The translations under genes were made by a program, and so were the position numbers. From the NCBI GenBank assembly GCA_029953675.1, contig JAMWBK010000009.1, forward strand, positions 1,488,001 through 1,552,000: 64,000 nucleotides of DNA. The letters run 5' to 3'. Each line of letters starts with the position of its first letter. Position 1 is the stretch's first letter. Shown piece by piece: positions 1 to 11,647 of the stretch. The notes under the pieces are model-generated. The model did no database searches, had not been told where the DNA came from, and saw only the letters and a program-made list of their open reading frames with translations. The DNA comes from Rhodosorus marinus CCMP1338. Its lineage: Eukaryota > Plantae > Rhodophyta.

Positions 1-446
1 TACAAAAAAAACCAAAAAATCGAGTCCTCCTCAGTTTCTTCAGTTCCTTCCTTCCCTCTTTCTTTCGGCCTCTACTATCGCGCGATGAAGACCCATTGAT
101 CATCCGAGGTAGTGAAAAAACAGCGTTAAGTCGGGTAAGTTTTGTCAGTAAAACCATTGTAAAGAATTTTCAAATTTTTAGACAAGTACGTGTGTTTGTT
201 TTTGAGCTCCAGACTCCGAAAAGCTAGGCCTTCGGAACCCAGGCTTCTACCGAGTGTGGGTATTTTACACGCAGGGCGAGACGCAAGTACTACGAATGAC
301 ATGGGGGATAGATTACGTGCAGGATGTCTCACTGTAGTTTAATATTCTTAGCTCTTCAAGGAATGCGTTCCTTCGAGGCCAGAAGCTTGTGACCTCCTCT
401 GACTAGGATTAATTAAGAGTATCTCTCATGCAAGCTTGAACAGCAC

Positions 447-2018
447 CTATCCGACGTATCGTACAGCTCCGTTGACTTTCTTCAGGAGGACTTTGTTGTT
501 GCTTCTCATTCTGATAGTCAAGTGCAGATCGTATACGGTACCCCTTCTAAGTCCGCCGCCGTTGACAAAAACTTGGTCAAAACCTTCCTCCTTGGTGGCT
601 GGTTTCTGCCGAACGAGTACCGGGTTAGTGGTTGTCCCTCTCTTGTAGATAGTCAGCCTAATGGCAACCCTTCCTGGAATATTTGTGCTGTACTTGTACT
701 TCACAATATTGGACAGCGTCCTCAGACGAGGGAGAAAGACTACTGTAGTCTTTGGCCTCCAAATCTTGAACAGTTGAAGTGCGCCATCATTCAAACCAGT
801 GTCATTCGTGTTTCCCTCGTTGCTGTCGATGTCGGCTCTCGGCGCTCCGACCACAAGCCAGTTTTTATTCGCAGCCATCGTGACACCCAAGTTGTCACCA
901 GCGTGCGGGAACTGCATCCTTTCCTTCTGAGACTCGATCCACCTGCCCTGAGCATTCTCGCGGAAAATGTATACCGCACCGGCTTCAGCCGCTGTGCCGA
1001 AGGAATGCTTGTAGGCAGTGATTGCAAGGAAATCCGGTCCGATGACGTTCTTGTACCCGAATCTGTCCTGGGCAGCTCCATCAACCGATCCCAGTCTCTG
1101 GAAGAACTGCCATTTCTGGTTCATATACCGGTAAATGTATGTCGCACCCTGGTTCACATCATTGGGTCCTGGGCCCCTGTCAGCACCAACAAGGAGCAAT
1201 TGGCCGTTTGGAGAGATCGCATTCGATGTTCCAAAGTTGTCGTTGGTGAAGCTCTCCGGTCGCGTGAGCCTAGCCTCTCGGACGTACTTGTCCGTTGCAA
1301 CGTTCTTTCTGTAGATATAAACTGCACCAGTGTTGGTGGGAGTTCCACTCTCGGCGAAAGGAGCTCCAACGACCAGTACTCCAGCGGCATAGCGGAGATC
1401 GTCTCCAAACTGATCGTACTCGTTCTGACCACGCATGATCTGTTTACGCACCCAATTTCCACCTGATCCGCCATAGATATATACTGCTCCGTTTTTGCGG
1501 CTTGCACTCTCCTCAGTTAGACCCTGTTCAGCACAAACCATAGCCTCGTCCTCCCCAAGCGTCACTGCATATCCAAAAGCATCATTCTGCTGGACATCTA
1601 TGCCAACCCATGACTTGACTTGAGTCCACCTCCCATCGGTATATTTCTCAAAGAGGTAAGCCTTTCCTCGTTTCACCCCCTTAATTTTCTTGAATGCAGC
1701 ACCAACAATGATGCGGTTTCCGCGGATGTCAGCCTGCCATCCGAAATTATCTCCAGGCCTACCATCCGGAGCACTAAGCTTCTGTTTCAACATCCAGGCA
1801 CCGTTGACAATCTCATAAACCCTCACCGCTCCAACAAAATTATTGTCCCCATAGTAGGCGGCGACCATGGAGTTCTGCCATATCGACACATATGCTCCGA
1901 AAAAAGAGGTTTCAGGTACCTCCTCAAACAGCCTAAGGACCCCTCTCCGGCGAACATCAGTTAAGCCCACGGATAGGCCGATGAAGAGCACGAAGCTCAA
2001 CAGACAAAGGGATCTCAT
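447..2018 (-). CDS. Secreted FG-GAP (integrin-alpha-type beta-propeller) repeat protein, intronless, with a basic C-terminal domain
   Basis: 523-aa ORF with a signal-peptide-like N-terminus (MRSLCLLSFVLFIGLSVG). It has about 7 repeats of the type GDNFGWQAD..IIVGA / DAFGYAV / DQFGDD..LVVGAP / DNFGTS..LLVGA / DRFGY / DNLGV..LVVGAP, each followed by GAVYIY/F. No TM anchor is visible. Confidence 0.85.
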   Translation of the reverse strand: MRSLCLLSFVLFIGLSVGLTDVRRRGVLRLFEEVPETSFFGAYVSIWQNSMVAAYYGDNNFVGAVRVYEIVNGAWMLKQKLSAPDGRPGDNFGWQADIRGNRIIVGAAFKKIKGVKRGKAYLFEKYTDGRWTQVKSWVGIDVQQNDAFGYAVTLGEDEAMVCAEQGLTEESASRKNGAVYIYGGSGGNWVRKQIMRGQNEYDQFGDDLRYAAGVLVVGAPFAESGTPTNTGAVYIYRKNVATDKYVREARLTRPESFTNDNFGTSNAISPNGQLLLVGADRGPGPNDVNQGATYIYRYMNQKWQFFQRLGSVDGAAQDRFGYKNVIGPDFLAITAYKHSFGTAAEAGAVYIFRENAQGRWIESQKERMQFPHAGDNLGVTMAANKNWLVVGAPRADIDSNEGNTNDTGLNDGALQLFKIWRPKTTVVFLPRLRTLSNIVKYKYSTNIPGRVAIRLTIYKRGTTTNPVLVRQKPATKEEGFDQVFVNGGGLRRGTVYDLHLTIRMRSNNKVLLKKVNGAVRYVG

Positions 2019-2759
2019 CTTCTCAAAGCAGCCAACGCGTGGTCGTTAAAGAAGCAGCAAGAATTACGGAAATCCTCACTCGCTCAAATTGCCAGTTCCT
2101 TCCTTCTTCCCCTGCTTCTCAGCTCACCCACCCCCCTCCCCAGAACACACCTTTCAGATGCATACAAACCCCCGCCCTTAACTAGTAATTCCGATCCCCA
2201 CACCCGATTCAACTGGACAACTCAGCAACGGCCAATGACACCCGAAAACAAGAACCAGTCCATGAAAAACCAAAGTATTGCTTCGGCCAAAAGGACACCC
2301 TTCAAAATCAACCCAAAAAGACCAAAAAAGACTCTCGAAAATGAACAGCAAACTAGAAAACAAAAGCTTAAGGGGGGTAATTCCTTGAGACTCTGTCAAC
2401 CATGTAACATGCAACAGAAGGGGTAAAAAATACCAACCATGTTCAAAATATATTGCTTTTATTTCTTAATTTCAATAAAAGGGAAATTTATTTTAAGGGG
2501 ATAGGTAAAACAACACTCATCTGCTTGCCAATCATGAATTGGAGATATGGGGGGGGGAAAAGCCATGTGAAAAAGTTTCATCTTTTGTAAGCATCTATCT
2601 TTTTTATAAAACAAAAGGTAAACTTATTTTATGCGAAAGGTTAGTTTTCTGAACGATTTTGGGTGGTTTACCGGAGCATGTTTTTACATTAATTTAGAAG
2701 AGCTCATAAGTCTGTAAGGAAAAATTTGAAGGATCTGAGAATTTGTCCTGAATGTTCAT

Positions 2760-4350
2760 TGGATGGTTCCTTGTATGAAATGTATTAAAATATGAGAGCG
2801 TCAGTTTCAAATGGGACGGACTATCCGTTGTTTACTGAACGCGTCGTGGGACAGGTTCAGATCGCGGCTGAGCCAATGGTTCCCACCCCACTGGTTCCGG
2901 CAAGAGTCATCTTGATCGTCTATCTGTGGTGGCGTGTAGCTGTTCGCCGGGTTCTCTCTCAAGATGGTTGAGACTAAATCTCGTATCCGCGAATAAAATG
3001 CTCACCAACCTGCTCGCCCGAAGAGGGTTCTCCAGAGACCCGTTGGCGAAGAATCCCTTGGGAGACGCCTTTCGGCAGTGACCAATGGTATTTGTATCGG
3101 GGTTGTTTACAAAACGTGAAACCCCCTTTAGGAATGGCCCAACGGTAATCTGGATGGGTGTTGGTTTTTTGGATATTGGTTGTTCTGGAACGGTTCAAAG
3201 TGGTTTGCCGGAGGCGGCGGGGGTGAGTGGGTTTCTACCCAACCCCCTACAGCGCCCAAGTACAGAAGATTCGAGCAAAGTAGAATATCCTCCTGCGAAG
3301 CCGATTCACGAAAATCCTAACTCGTGTGATTGTTGAAGTTACGAGGGACCCTGCTGCTAGGCCCTCCTCAGTTACCAGGCGACGAATTGGTTCCTTCCTT
3401 TGCATTGGAAACGTTGGGTCGGCAAGGTTACCCGGGAGTTTCCAGGAGACGGCTACGGTCATTTCCTGCGCAAGACCCAGGATTTGAGCATCGTAGGAGC
3501 CCAAATGAACGGGACTCTTTCGGAGGAAGACGCGGAGCTTGCAGCAGTGGCTCTGAGCGATTGATCGCGCGGGTTGACAGTACTTTTTTATCTTTTTAAC
3601 TATCTCGGGACCCCAGGATGAGGAATTAAACGAACCTTTCCCCATGGATAATCACAGAAGAAGTGTTCCTCTGCAGAGAGAGCTGCTCGGGCAAGGGTTG
3701 CGGTTGCAGTAGGTGATAATTGGAGTGATGCAATAAAATTTTGAAACAATTCAAGGCAAAAGGACTTCTAGTACCATCAGTAGCACTTTCGCTATGGGAT
3801 CTTCACCGTCGCTCGAATCCCTAGTCTACAGCTCTGGCAAACCCCGCAGCCAATGCTCGACAGGTCACACCCGTCCCAACACAGTGCACCGGTTCTTTGC
3901 ATGAAGATGGAAAGAAACTGTTTGGGGCTGACCGAAGGCGCCTTCCTAGAAGCCCTACAAGGTAAAACCATCTCTCGATTGAGAAGCTGCCATAGCCACT
4001 ATCAACGTTGAAAAAAGTCTTCTTCAGCGTTCAATACCCTCTTGATTCATCCACGTCCACGTCGCCCATCTCTATGATTATGCTCAGATCTTCATACTGT
4101 TGGGTAATCCCGAAGAAATGTCCTCCATCTCTTCATGTATGCCATAGACGATGCCCAGTGGACATCTTAGTTGGAGCAATTGCGCGCTCATCGGCGATAT
4201 GAACGAGTACATCACCCATCTACAACTCGAATGAGGTCACTGAAGCCTTGAGCTTTGACATGACTTGTATATGTGCCCATGGAAAAGCCGCAGACACGAG
4301 TTGCTTTGTCAAAGTCAGCCATCGGAATCGACCTAGCCCCATGACGTAGG
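2760..4350. pseudogene. Degenerate coding-like tract (pseudogene or mobile-element relic), identity unresolved
   Basis: A block of coding-like GC content flanked by AT-rich DNA, lying between two divergent genes. Reading frames are broken but protein-like (+ strand HLFMYAIDD; - strand CGVCQSCRLG). No intact ORF exceeds 132 aa. Confidence 0.25.
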
Positions 4351-4865
4351 ACGCGTGGGACATATTAATTCGATATACTTGACGCGTGTTAGATTATTAT
4401 TTGGTTATGTGATAATTTCACGCTCTTAATTGGATAACAAACTTGGGCAAGATTAAGAAATTTCTGCTTCCGTTATATTTCTGTAATGATGGTCAGCAGC
4501 TATGAAAGAGATGGCTATGCAGGGCTACGTCGGGCACGCAGGCATGGCGCGGTATTGCAGTCAGTCCCCCGAGTCGAATAGAAAGGGTTTTGTCGCTAGG
4601 TATTGTGTGTCTTTGGAGCGATCAGTTTGAAAGATCTTGGTCTGTATGCTAAGCCTTGTTCTCCGCCGGCGGCTTGAGGCTGGATGCCTTGCTGGAAATG
4701 AGGTGAGGGCGTACACTGGCTAATCACGTCAGTGGGGGTGAGGATGCTAGTGTGCACGTGCTCTGGCTCATGATTAATAGTTGAGATTACATGCAGTAAC
4801 CAGCTTTGTTAGTTCGGCTCTTTGCGAAGCGGGGCTATTGACTGAGCAACTTGAGCGCTTTGGGA

Positions 4866-6506
4866 ATGATGTACCAGAGCGTGCGGTGGACCGGGATCCG
4901 TGGGTTGCTCTTCGGTTTTAGCGTTGCTTTGAACTCGTCTGGATGGAATCAAGCCACGTTATGTGAGGAGCATCACTACCAGCGTGAGCAAGCAGGGCCA
5001 GGTTCCATTCCTGCGAGGCAGTTATATAGATACGTCATTTGCGGAGGCGGTACAGCTGCTCAGGCGGCTTTGCGAGAGCTACTACGTGGTGACCCGTCTG
5101 CCTCGATACTTGTTGTAGCGGAGGAGGTTCGGCCACCCTACAACAATTCCGTACTTTGGAGATGGTACCGAGGAAAGGCTGCAATTGGTGAGGACGGGGA
5201 CGATGTCCTAGAACAGCTCGAGATTGATCTCAACAAGAACCGAGGACAGGAATGGGTACAGGACCGACTGGATTCCATAGACTGTGCTGAAAATCGAATG
5301 ATTCTGCGTTCCGGGGCGACTGTACAGTATGAGAACTGCCTCCTCGCTTTTGGAGGGTGCTCAGCAACTCCTCCGTGGGGGCAAAACAGTCGAGTCATTG
5401 ACGGACGCACAGACTCGGGCCAGAAAAAGTTACTAAAGATACTTGAGCGCTCTTCTGGGGAGGTTACCCACGTTACGATAGTTGGAGGTGGAATAGCGGC
5501 CTGCTACATGGCGAGCATCATTTCTGCTAGCGAGATGGCCCATGTAACAATGGTATTTCCGGACACCCAGCCTTTGGCGAGACTTCTTCCGAAGTACATA
5601 ACAGGTTACGTTACAAAACACCTGAAGGCTCATGGGATAGAGATTTTACCATACAGACTATTGCATTGGGTGCAAGATCGTGGGGAAGAGGCAGAGATCT
5701 ATTGTTCCAAGGTTTACGACTCCTCAGATGTCACAGGCATTCTAACAGACGCGATAGTTCTCGCTCCAACAAGGGTTCCTGCGTGTTCGGATAGCGGCTT
5801 GGATCTACATCTCGACGAACGACTGGAGTCAAATGACCGCACGGGCGGCATCGACACAAACAGGGAACTCCTAGCGGCGTCTAACGTTTATGTTGCCGGG
5901 GATCTGGTTTCTTCGGCTGGTAACAGGATACAATCTCACACAAACGCAATGGCCAGTGGCAAAGTAGCTGCCATGAACATGCTCGGTGGAAGGCATGTAC
6001 TCAACGAGCCCCTTATGTACACCGCAGATATTCCGGTGGTTAATGCTCGTGTTACCTTTTTAGGGGAAGTGAGCGCTGAGCAGGATACGTACGCTTACTT
6101 TTCGTCAGATAAGAAGAAGAACAATGAATTCGATTGTCCTGGGGTCATCTTCTACATTCCCAAGAGAAGCGCCCATATCTGTGGTGTTGCTCTTTGGAAT
6201 TGTGACGAGGAAGCTGGGAACAAGCTGTTAGAGGTTGTTGGTCATGACTTCAAGGATCGAATGACGTTGGACCAGAAACTTTATTCACTAACTCAATCGC
6301 TGCTTAAAAATGGAGAGGAGAGTATGAGTCTCGTTCGCTACATCCGACCTGGACGCACTTACAACAAAGGAGCACATCCAGAGGATGATGAGACTCTGTG
6401 GCAAGCCAAGCCAAGGCCCCAGGGAGGCAGTGCTAAACAAATGAATGTGCAGAACTTCAGGAACGCTATGGAAGGGATTCACGTACGGGGGCGGCAGCAA
6501 AACTGA
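4866..6506 (+). CDS. AIF-like FAD-dependent pyridine nucleotide-disulfide oxidoreductase, probably mitochondrial, intronless
   Basis: YVICGGGTAAQAALREL..DPSASILVVAEE.RPPY resembles the AIFM1 N-terminal Rossmann fold. Also present: YENCLLAFGG, a second GGG motif, and NVYVAGD..RIQSHTNA. First ATG is at 4866. Confidence 0.8.
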   Translation: MMYQSVRWTGIRGLLFGFSVALNSSGWNQATLCEEHHYQREQAGPGSIPARQLYRYVICGGGTAAQAALRELLRGDPSASILVVAEEVRPPYNNSVLWRWYRGKAAIGEDGDDVLEQLEIDLNKNRGQEWVQDRLDSIDCAENRMILRSGATVQYENCLLAFGGCSATPPWGQNSRVIDGRTDSGQKKLLKILERSSGEVTHVTIVGGGIAACYMASIISASEMAHVTMVFPDTQPLARLLPKYITGYVTKHLKAHGIEILPYRLLHWVQDRGEEAEIYCSKVYDSSDVTGILTDAIVLAPTRVPACSDSGLDLHLDERLESNDRTGGIDTNRELLAASNVYVAGDLVSSAGNRIQSHTNAMASGKVAAMNMLGGRHVLNEPLMYTADIPVVNARVTFLGEVSAEQDTYAYFSSDKKKNNEFDCPGVIFYIPKRSAHICGVALWNCDEEAGNKLLEVVGHDFKDRMTLDQKLYSLTQSLLKNGEESMSLVRYIRPGRTYNKGAHPEDDETLWQAKPRPQGGSAKQMNVQNFRNAMEGIHVRGRQQN

Positions 6507-7180
6507 TTGAAAATCTTATCGCCGGCGGCCTCTTACAGTGCTGATAGTTGGTAGTCGATCTAGGGCGCTGTAAACAACCCCGTACCTAATTTTATTTGAC
6601 GAGTAGAACCAAAAAAAAAAGAAAGGAAGCTTTTTCCTAGGACGCAACCGATCCGAATCCTCGTGTGAAATAGCAGTCTTTGAAGATAGGGACTCGAAGC
6701 TCGAACTAAGTATTCAGCTTCACCGTCTACAATCTAAAACTAGTAACATGTACTATAATTCTTAGCAATACTAAACCTTGATATTTTTAATTAAATTTGT
6801 GAACTATTTTCATGGTTAAAACATTTCGCATATTCTGAACCGGCATTCCTAGTCACAAATAATCCAATAATACTCTCACACGAGTCACTAAGACCGAATT
6901 AATATTATCCACGCGTCCATTAAGATTTCGAATCGAGCAATAATAGCCACATCATATTTTCTAGCGAATCATTATCGACTGTTGCACGGTGTGTGGACGG
7001 CTCTTGGATTTTATTTTTGAAAAAACATTATTTGAAGAAGCCAGGGTTTCGTTTCCTCGACCTGAGCAAAGTTGTTTTTTGGTTATTTGTGGGAGGAAAG
7101 GCAGTGAGGAAATTGAGGCTGGGGACTTGAGATGTAACAGCTAGTAAAAGGCATTTAAGTTTTTGGGATGGTCGATAAGG

Positions 7181-10100
7181 ATGGATTTGGTAGACACGGT
7201 TACCCTGTTCGCAGTAGCTAGCTACTGCTTTTCCACTAGAGGGAAAGGAGAATGGTTTGATCTGTTACAAGTTCCTTTCCACATGAACATGCAAGAAATC
7301 CAGCTAAGTCAGTTGTGGCAAGTCTGTTTTCATTCGAACCGGAGGTATGCCAAGTAGGCAGCGTAGCGACGTGATGCTGGGCTATCCTCGCAGTCTTTGT
7401 TATCTTTAAAGTTCTGAATATGAAATTCGGGAATGGGCCGCTTAGCTGGCTGTTCTTTCTCCTTCGAAAACCAGATTCGGGGCCTCACCCGTAACTCCCC
7501 TCAGCTTGTAAGAGCTTGCTTGTGCAAGGATCATACAACGGGTTTGAGAAAGCTGAGATAGATTATCCAAGTAGGAGTTGAAAAACAGAATCTTGTGGTT
7601 AATGACTGCTACCTTCAATAGCAACAGCCGTCATTTTCCTTAAGGGTAGAGCCCATGAAGTGAAACCTACCGACCGGACTTTGTGTGCATTTGTAGTTAA
7701 CGGTTTCGACATCGTTTGGTGAGGAAGGAACTAGGAGGGACCAAGAGATTATGGTTCACGCGCTTGTGTGTTTGCAAATGGAGAACAGGTGCTAGCAGTT
7801 TTGGAGGGTACCTGAAGGGAAAGATTTCTGTGTATTACGCTGTGGCTGAAAGCTGTGTCTGTCGGGACGCTGTGCAATGTACAGTTTTGTGTCATGCTCC
7901 TGGGAGAAGCAACGCTTAGCTGGAGCATGAGCTGAAATTTGCAGGGCGTTGCGTGTGTTTGAGATTTTGTTGAGCTTCTGCAGGCTTCTGCACTTGTATG
8001 GTTTTAGTGGCCAGCGGTGGTCTTATTCATGAGCTGACTGGTTTGGAGCGCCCCTCGAAGAGAATGGGTATCACGGCGAAAGAGGGGCGGGATTCGAGCT
8101 GGAAGGGTAACATTCGGAAGGGTACTGATGAACTGAATTCTGGAGTATTCAGAATGGAGCATGATGGGCCAGAAAATGGATCCACTTCGCGGTATGACAG
8201 CTACGGCGGATACGAGTCGGCCTCATCTGAAGCATCCAATTCCTCAATTGAAGTCGTTGAGGAGACACCTCTGTTGAAGCTGCGGCAAGGAGCTTTTTCA
8301 GGTAAACTGGGAGCATTGAAGCTTCTCAAGTCCGGGGCGGCGGATGGAAAACTGAGCTTCGCCTGGAGCACAGAACAGCATAAGCCACCTCAAGCAGCCC
8401 CCATTTCCAGCGCTTTGAGTAAAAACGTACTGACCTTGTTGATTTCGTTGCTCACCTTCTTGCAGCTCCAGAGAAACGATGGACGGAATCACCTGGAGAA
8501 TCTGAGAATGGGCTTGGAGCTCGAAGTTTTCTTGACGGGTTCAACATACTTCACAAAGGGATTGAGGACTTCCGACGAGACTTGTACGAAGTGCGGAAAG
8601 GGTTTGAAGGCATTCTTTTCCCAAGTCATGATGCTGAGCTAGAACCCATCCCCAAGGTGGACACGACTGGAGCGTTTGTGAAGCTCGAGGTCATGGAATC
8701 CTGGGAAGTCGATTTCTGTGTTGTCGCTTTGAATGTGGCGATTGCCGTTGGGTTCTTGTACACTACGTTATCTGTTTCGCTGTCAAAGGATGGTTGGCAG
8801 AACGCTGTAATGGGGTACTTTTCAAAATATTCTATGCTTGCGTAAGTCTTGACGATACAGTGATACCGTGACGTTCTGTTTTTGGCTGAGACGAGACTAA
8901 CAGCGGAAGTTCGTTTGCATGCCCCTACTTGAAACACAAAATGAGCAGGATCAATTTCTCGTCCTTCCTGCTCGCAATATTTTACATTGTTCGGATCATA
9001 GCGTTGAGAGATACTGAGCGTACCGACGAACAGTTCTGGACCTGCGTCCTTGTCTCGTCCGGACTCCTAGGCCAGAGCCCATTCACAGAGTTCTTCGGCG
9101 TAAGCGAGAACCTCATATCATATGGATATGACCAATTGAACCGCATGTTCCATTGGGTAGTGGTTGTGGACGCCACCTATGCCGCCTGCACGTACTTTTT
9201 CCTTATATGTTCCGCACATTCGTATCGAGTTGTGGGACACTGGTGAGCAGTCTACTCTTTTCCCTTTCGATCCGGACGCCCTGTTACGCGCAGTACTGAA
9301 CCCGTTATGCCTCGTTAACTACCTTTGCGGTTTCACGCGCACACAGGGAATTCCAGAGACTACGCTTCTATTTCCCTAAGTTCGTCCTGATCAGCATTTA
9401 CGTTTCGGCGAGAATCTCTCTGGAGTTGTGGGGCTCAATACACCTAGGTTTTATACCGTTGACCAGACTAATCAACCTTTCGTTCTTTCTTTCAGCTGGG
9501 TGGTAGGCTCTCCCGCAATCAAGAAATGGAAAGAACGTTGACGAGTTGTGATAAAAATTGGGCTGAAAAGCTGCAAAGTGGACTAACTCGCCGGATGTCG
9601 CTATTACAGGATGACACCTCCAGCCTTGACGGCCGTTACTTTGACCACGCTTTCCGACTGCGCGATCTTACTTTGGTTCTACAAGGAGATCTCGACAACG
9701 AGAATATTTCTTGCCCGGCTGAACTACGTGGAGACGCGCACAAAACAGCTCGGGTTCAGATTCTTCATATGTACGCCGTTTGAGTTGCTTCGATTGTCTT
9801 GAACTCTCGGGCTGTTTTGACCGCTACTCAGTCGGTTTTTCTTGTGTGATGCGCTTTCCCAAAACCGATGGAGTAGATCTATCAGTGTGTTTTTTGGCTG
9901 CAATCTTTCTAACTGATGCGTACCTGATGGGCACGACTCCGGCAAGCAATCTTGAAGATCTTCAAAAGGGGCTCTTCTACATTGAAATGTCACCCGTGGC
10001 TGGGAAACTCGGCTTAAGCATCATGTACTTTACATGGCTTGCATTGACTGTTTATGGCAACTATCCTTCGGGGAACTCACGTACCTCCCGCGAAAGCGAA

Positions 10101-11647
10101 ATGGAAGGCGTTGATACTGATCGTGGGATGCGTCTGATTCTGGACGAGAGGAAGACGTTTTTGTACAAACATCGTGACTGGAAAAACCGCGAAACCGCGT
10201 CGAGGATGTACTCGCAGTGGAATAATGTGTTCATCATGGAGCTCCAGATCCTGATGATAAACTGTGCGTGGCTTTCCTATATTCCCATGAACAAGCGTGA
10301 AGAGAAACAGTCCCCATCGACGGTCACGTTTGAAGCTGAGCTCGAAAGGCAAGATACTCAGGCAGATATCAACAAGGTGGACATGTATGAGATTACCGCT
10401 GGAAAAGGTGAGCAGCAGGAACAGTTTTCTCGTTCACCCCATCTTGGAGTTTGGACGATCTCTCTGACTACGAGGTTTTGAAACTTTTTCTTCCAACAGG
10501 GTTGAGGATTCTGAGACATGTTTATGACGAGCCGAATGACGGTCATTGTATTATTCTAGAAGGCGAGAACAAAGTGATTGTAAGCTTTGGTGGTACTAGA
10601 CAGGGTTCGATGAAGAACTGGAGGGCTAATTTTCAGTTCAATCAAGTCACGTGGTCGGACTGGTTTCAGCCAGTATCAATATCTGACCTGCAGAATCTCG
10701 ACGACGAGGAGAATCCTCAACTTGCACCACGAAGCTTGCTGCTGAAGGTTGCAACAGAAGTCAAGACGTTTGCCGAAGTGAAGGTTCGTGGCCCTCGAGC
10801 CAATCATGCATCAGACCACGCCGAGCGAAGGATCTTGTGCGCTTTTTTAGCCAACGCCTGTTCTTGCTGGTTTCGTATAGGTACATGCGGGCTTTGCGAG
10901 CATGTATAAGCGACTCAGAGCCGAAATGATGTCGGTTCTTGTTTCCATTTACAACCGCGACAAAGCATCAGGAAGAAAACAGCTGTTCTTTACAGGCCAT
11001 TCTCTCGGTGGAGCAATGTGCACCATGGCAAGCTACGATTGCGCTCTAAAGTACGTTCGCCTTTCAAGGTACTTGGCGGGCGGGAAGTTGTTGCTAAAAT
11101 TTGATGAACTCTTGCTGCCTCATCAAGTTATCGACGGATTGGATTACGGTCAAGGCAGCAGATTCAGGTGACTACCTTTGGATTACCTAAAATAGGAAAC
11201 CTCGCTTGGAAAAATAGCTTTGAAAAGGAGGTTCCCAGACACTGGCGGTTTGTTCTTGCGTCGGACGTCGTGACGAAGATGCCCCAGGACTGGAGTTACT
11301 TTCATGTTGGGGTCAAGGTTCTCTTGGACTGGAGCGGTGTGCTATTGGTAAGCTCAGCTGTGAAGGAATCTATTGTATGGGAAGTTTTGGAATGCTAATT
11401 TGCTACTCACTGCATGCTCTTTCAGATCGATCCGAGTTTCGTAGAGGTGAGATGGTGGCACACCGTTTACACCAGCACCACCCTTCACACAAGAGCATCC
11501 TATTTCTTGGCCCTTCAAGCCTGTTGTCGGCGATACCGAGACAAACGTGGAATAGAAGACGATCTGGCGGATGCGTTTTGGTCCTGGCCCATTCAACCCC
11601 ACTACATTCGATTATTTGTGAACGTCGAACCCTCGCCCGCGGGTTGA
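7181..11647 (+). CDS. Large multi-exon, multi-pass membrane protein with a C-terminal class-3 lipase domain (DAG-lipase-like architecture)
   Basis: GHSLGGA nucleophile elbow near 11000, IVSFGGT, TTFGLPKIGN, SDVVTKMP, and a candidate His in TLHTRASY. Many hydrophobic exons lie upstream. The 5' exon structure is approximate. Confidence 0.7.

Noticed and set aside
522-1466. 314-aa plus-strand ORF and the many other antisense or alternate-frame ORFs inside genes
   Set aside because: These are shadow ORFs of well-supported CDSs.
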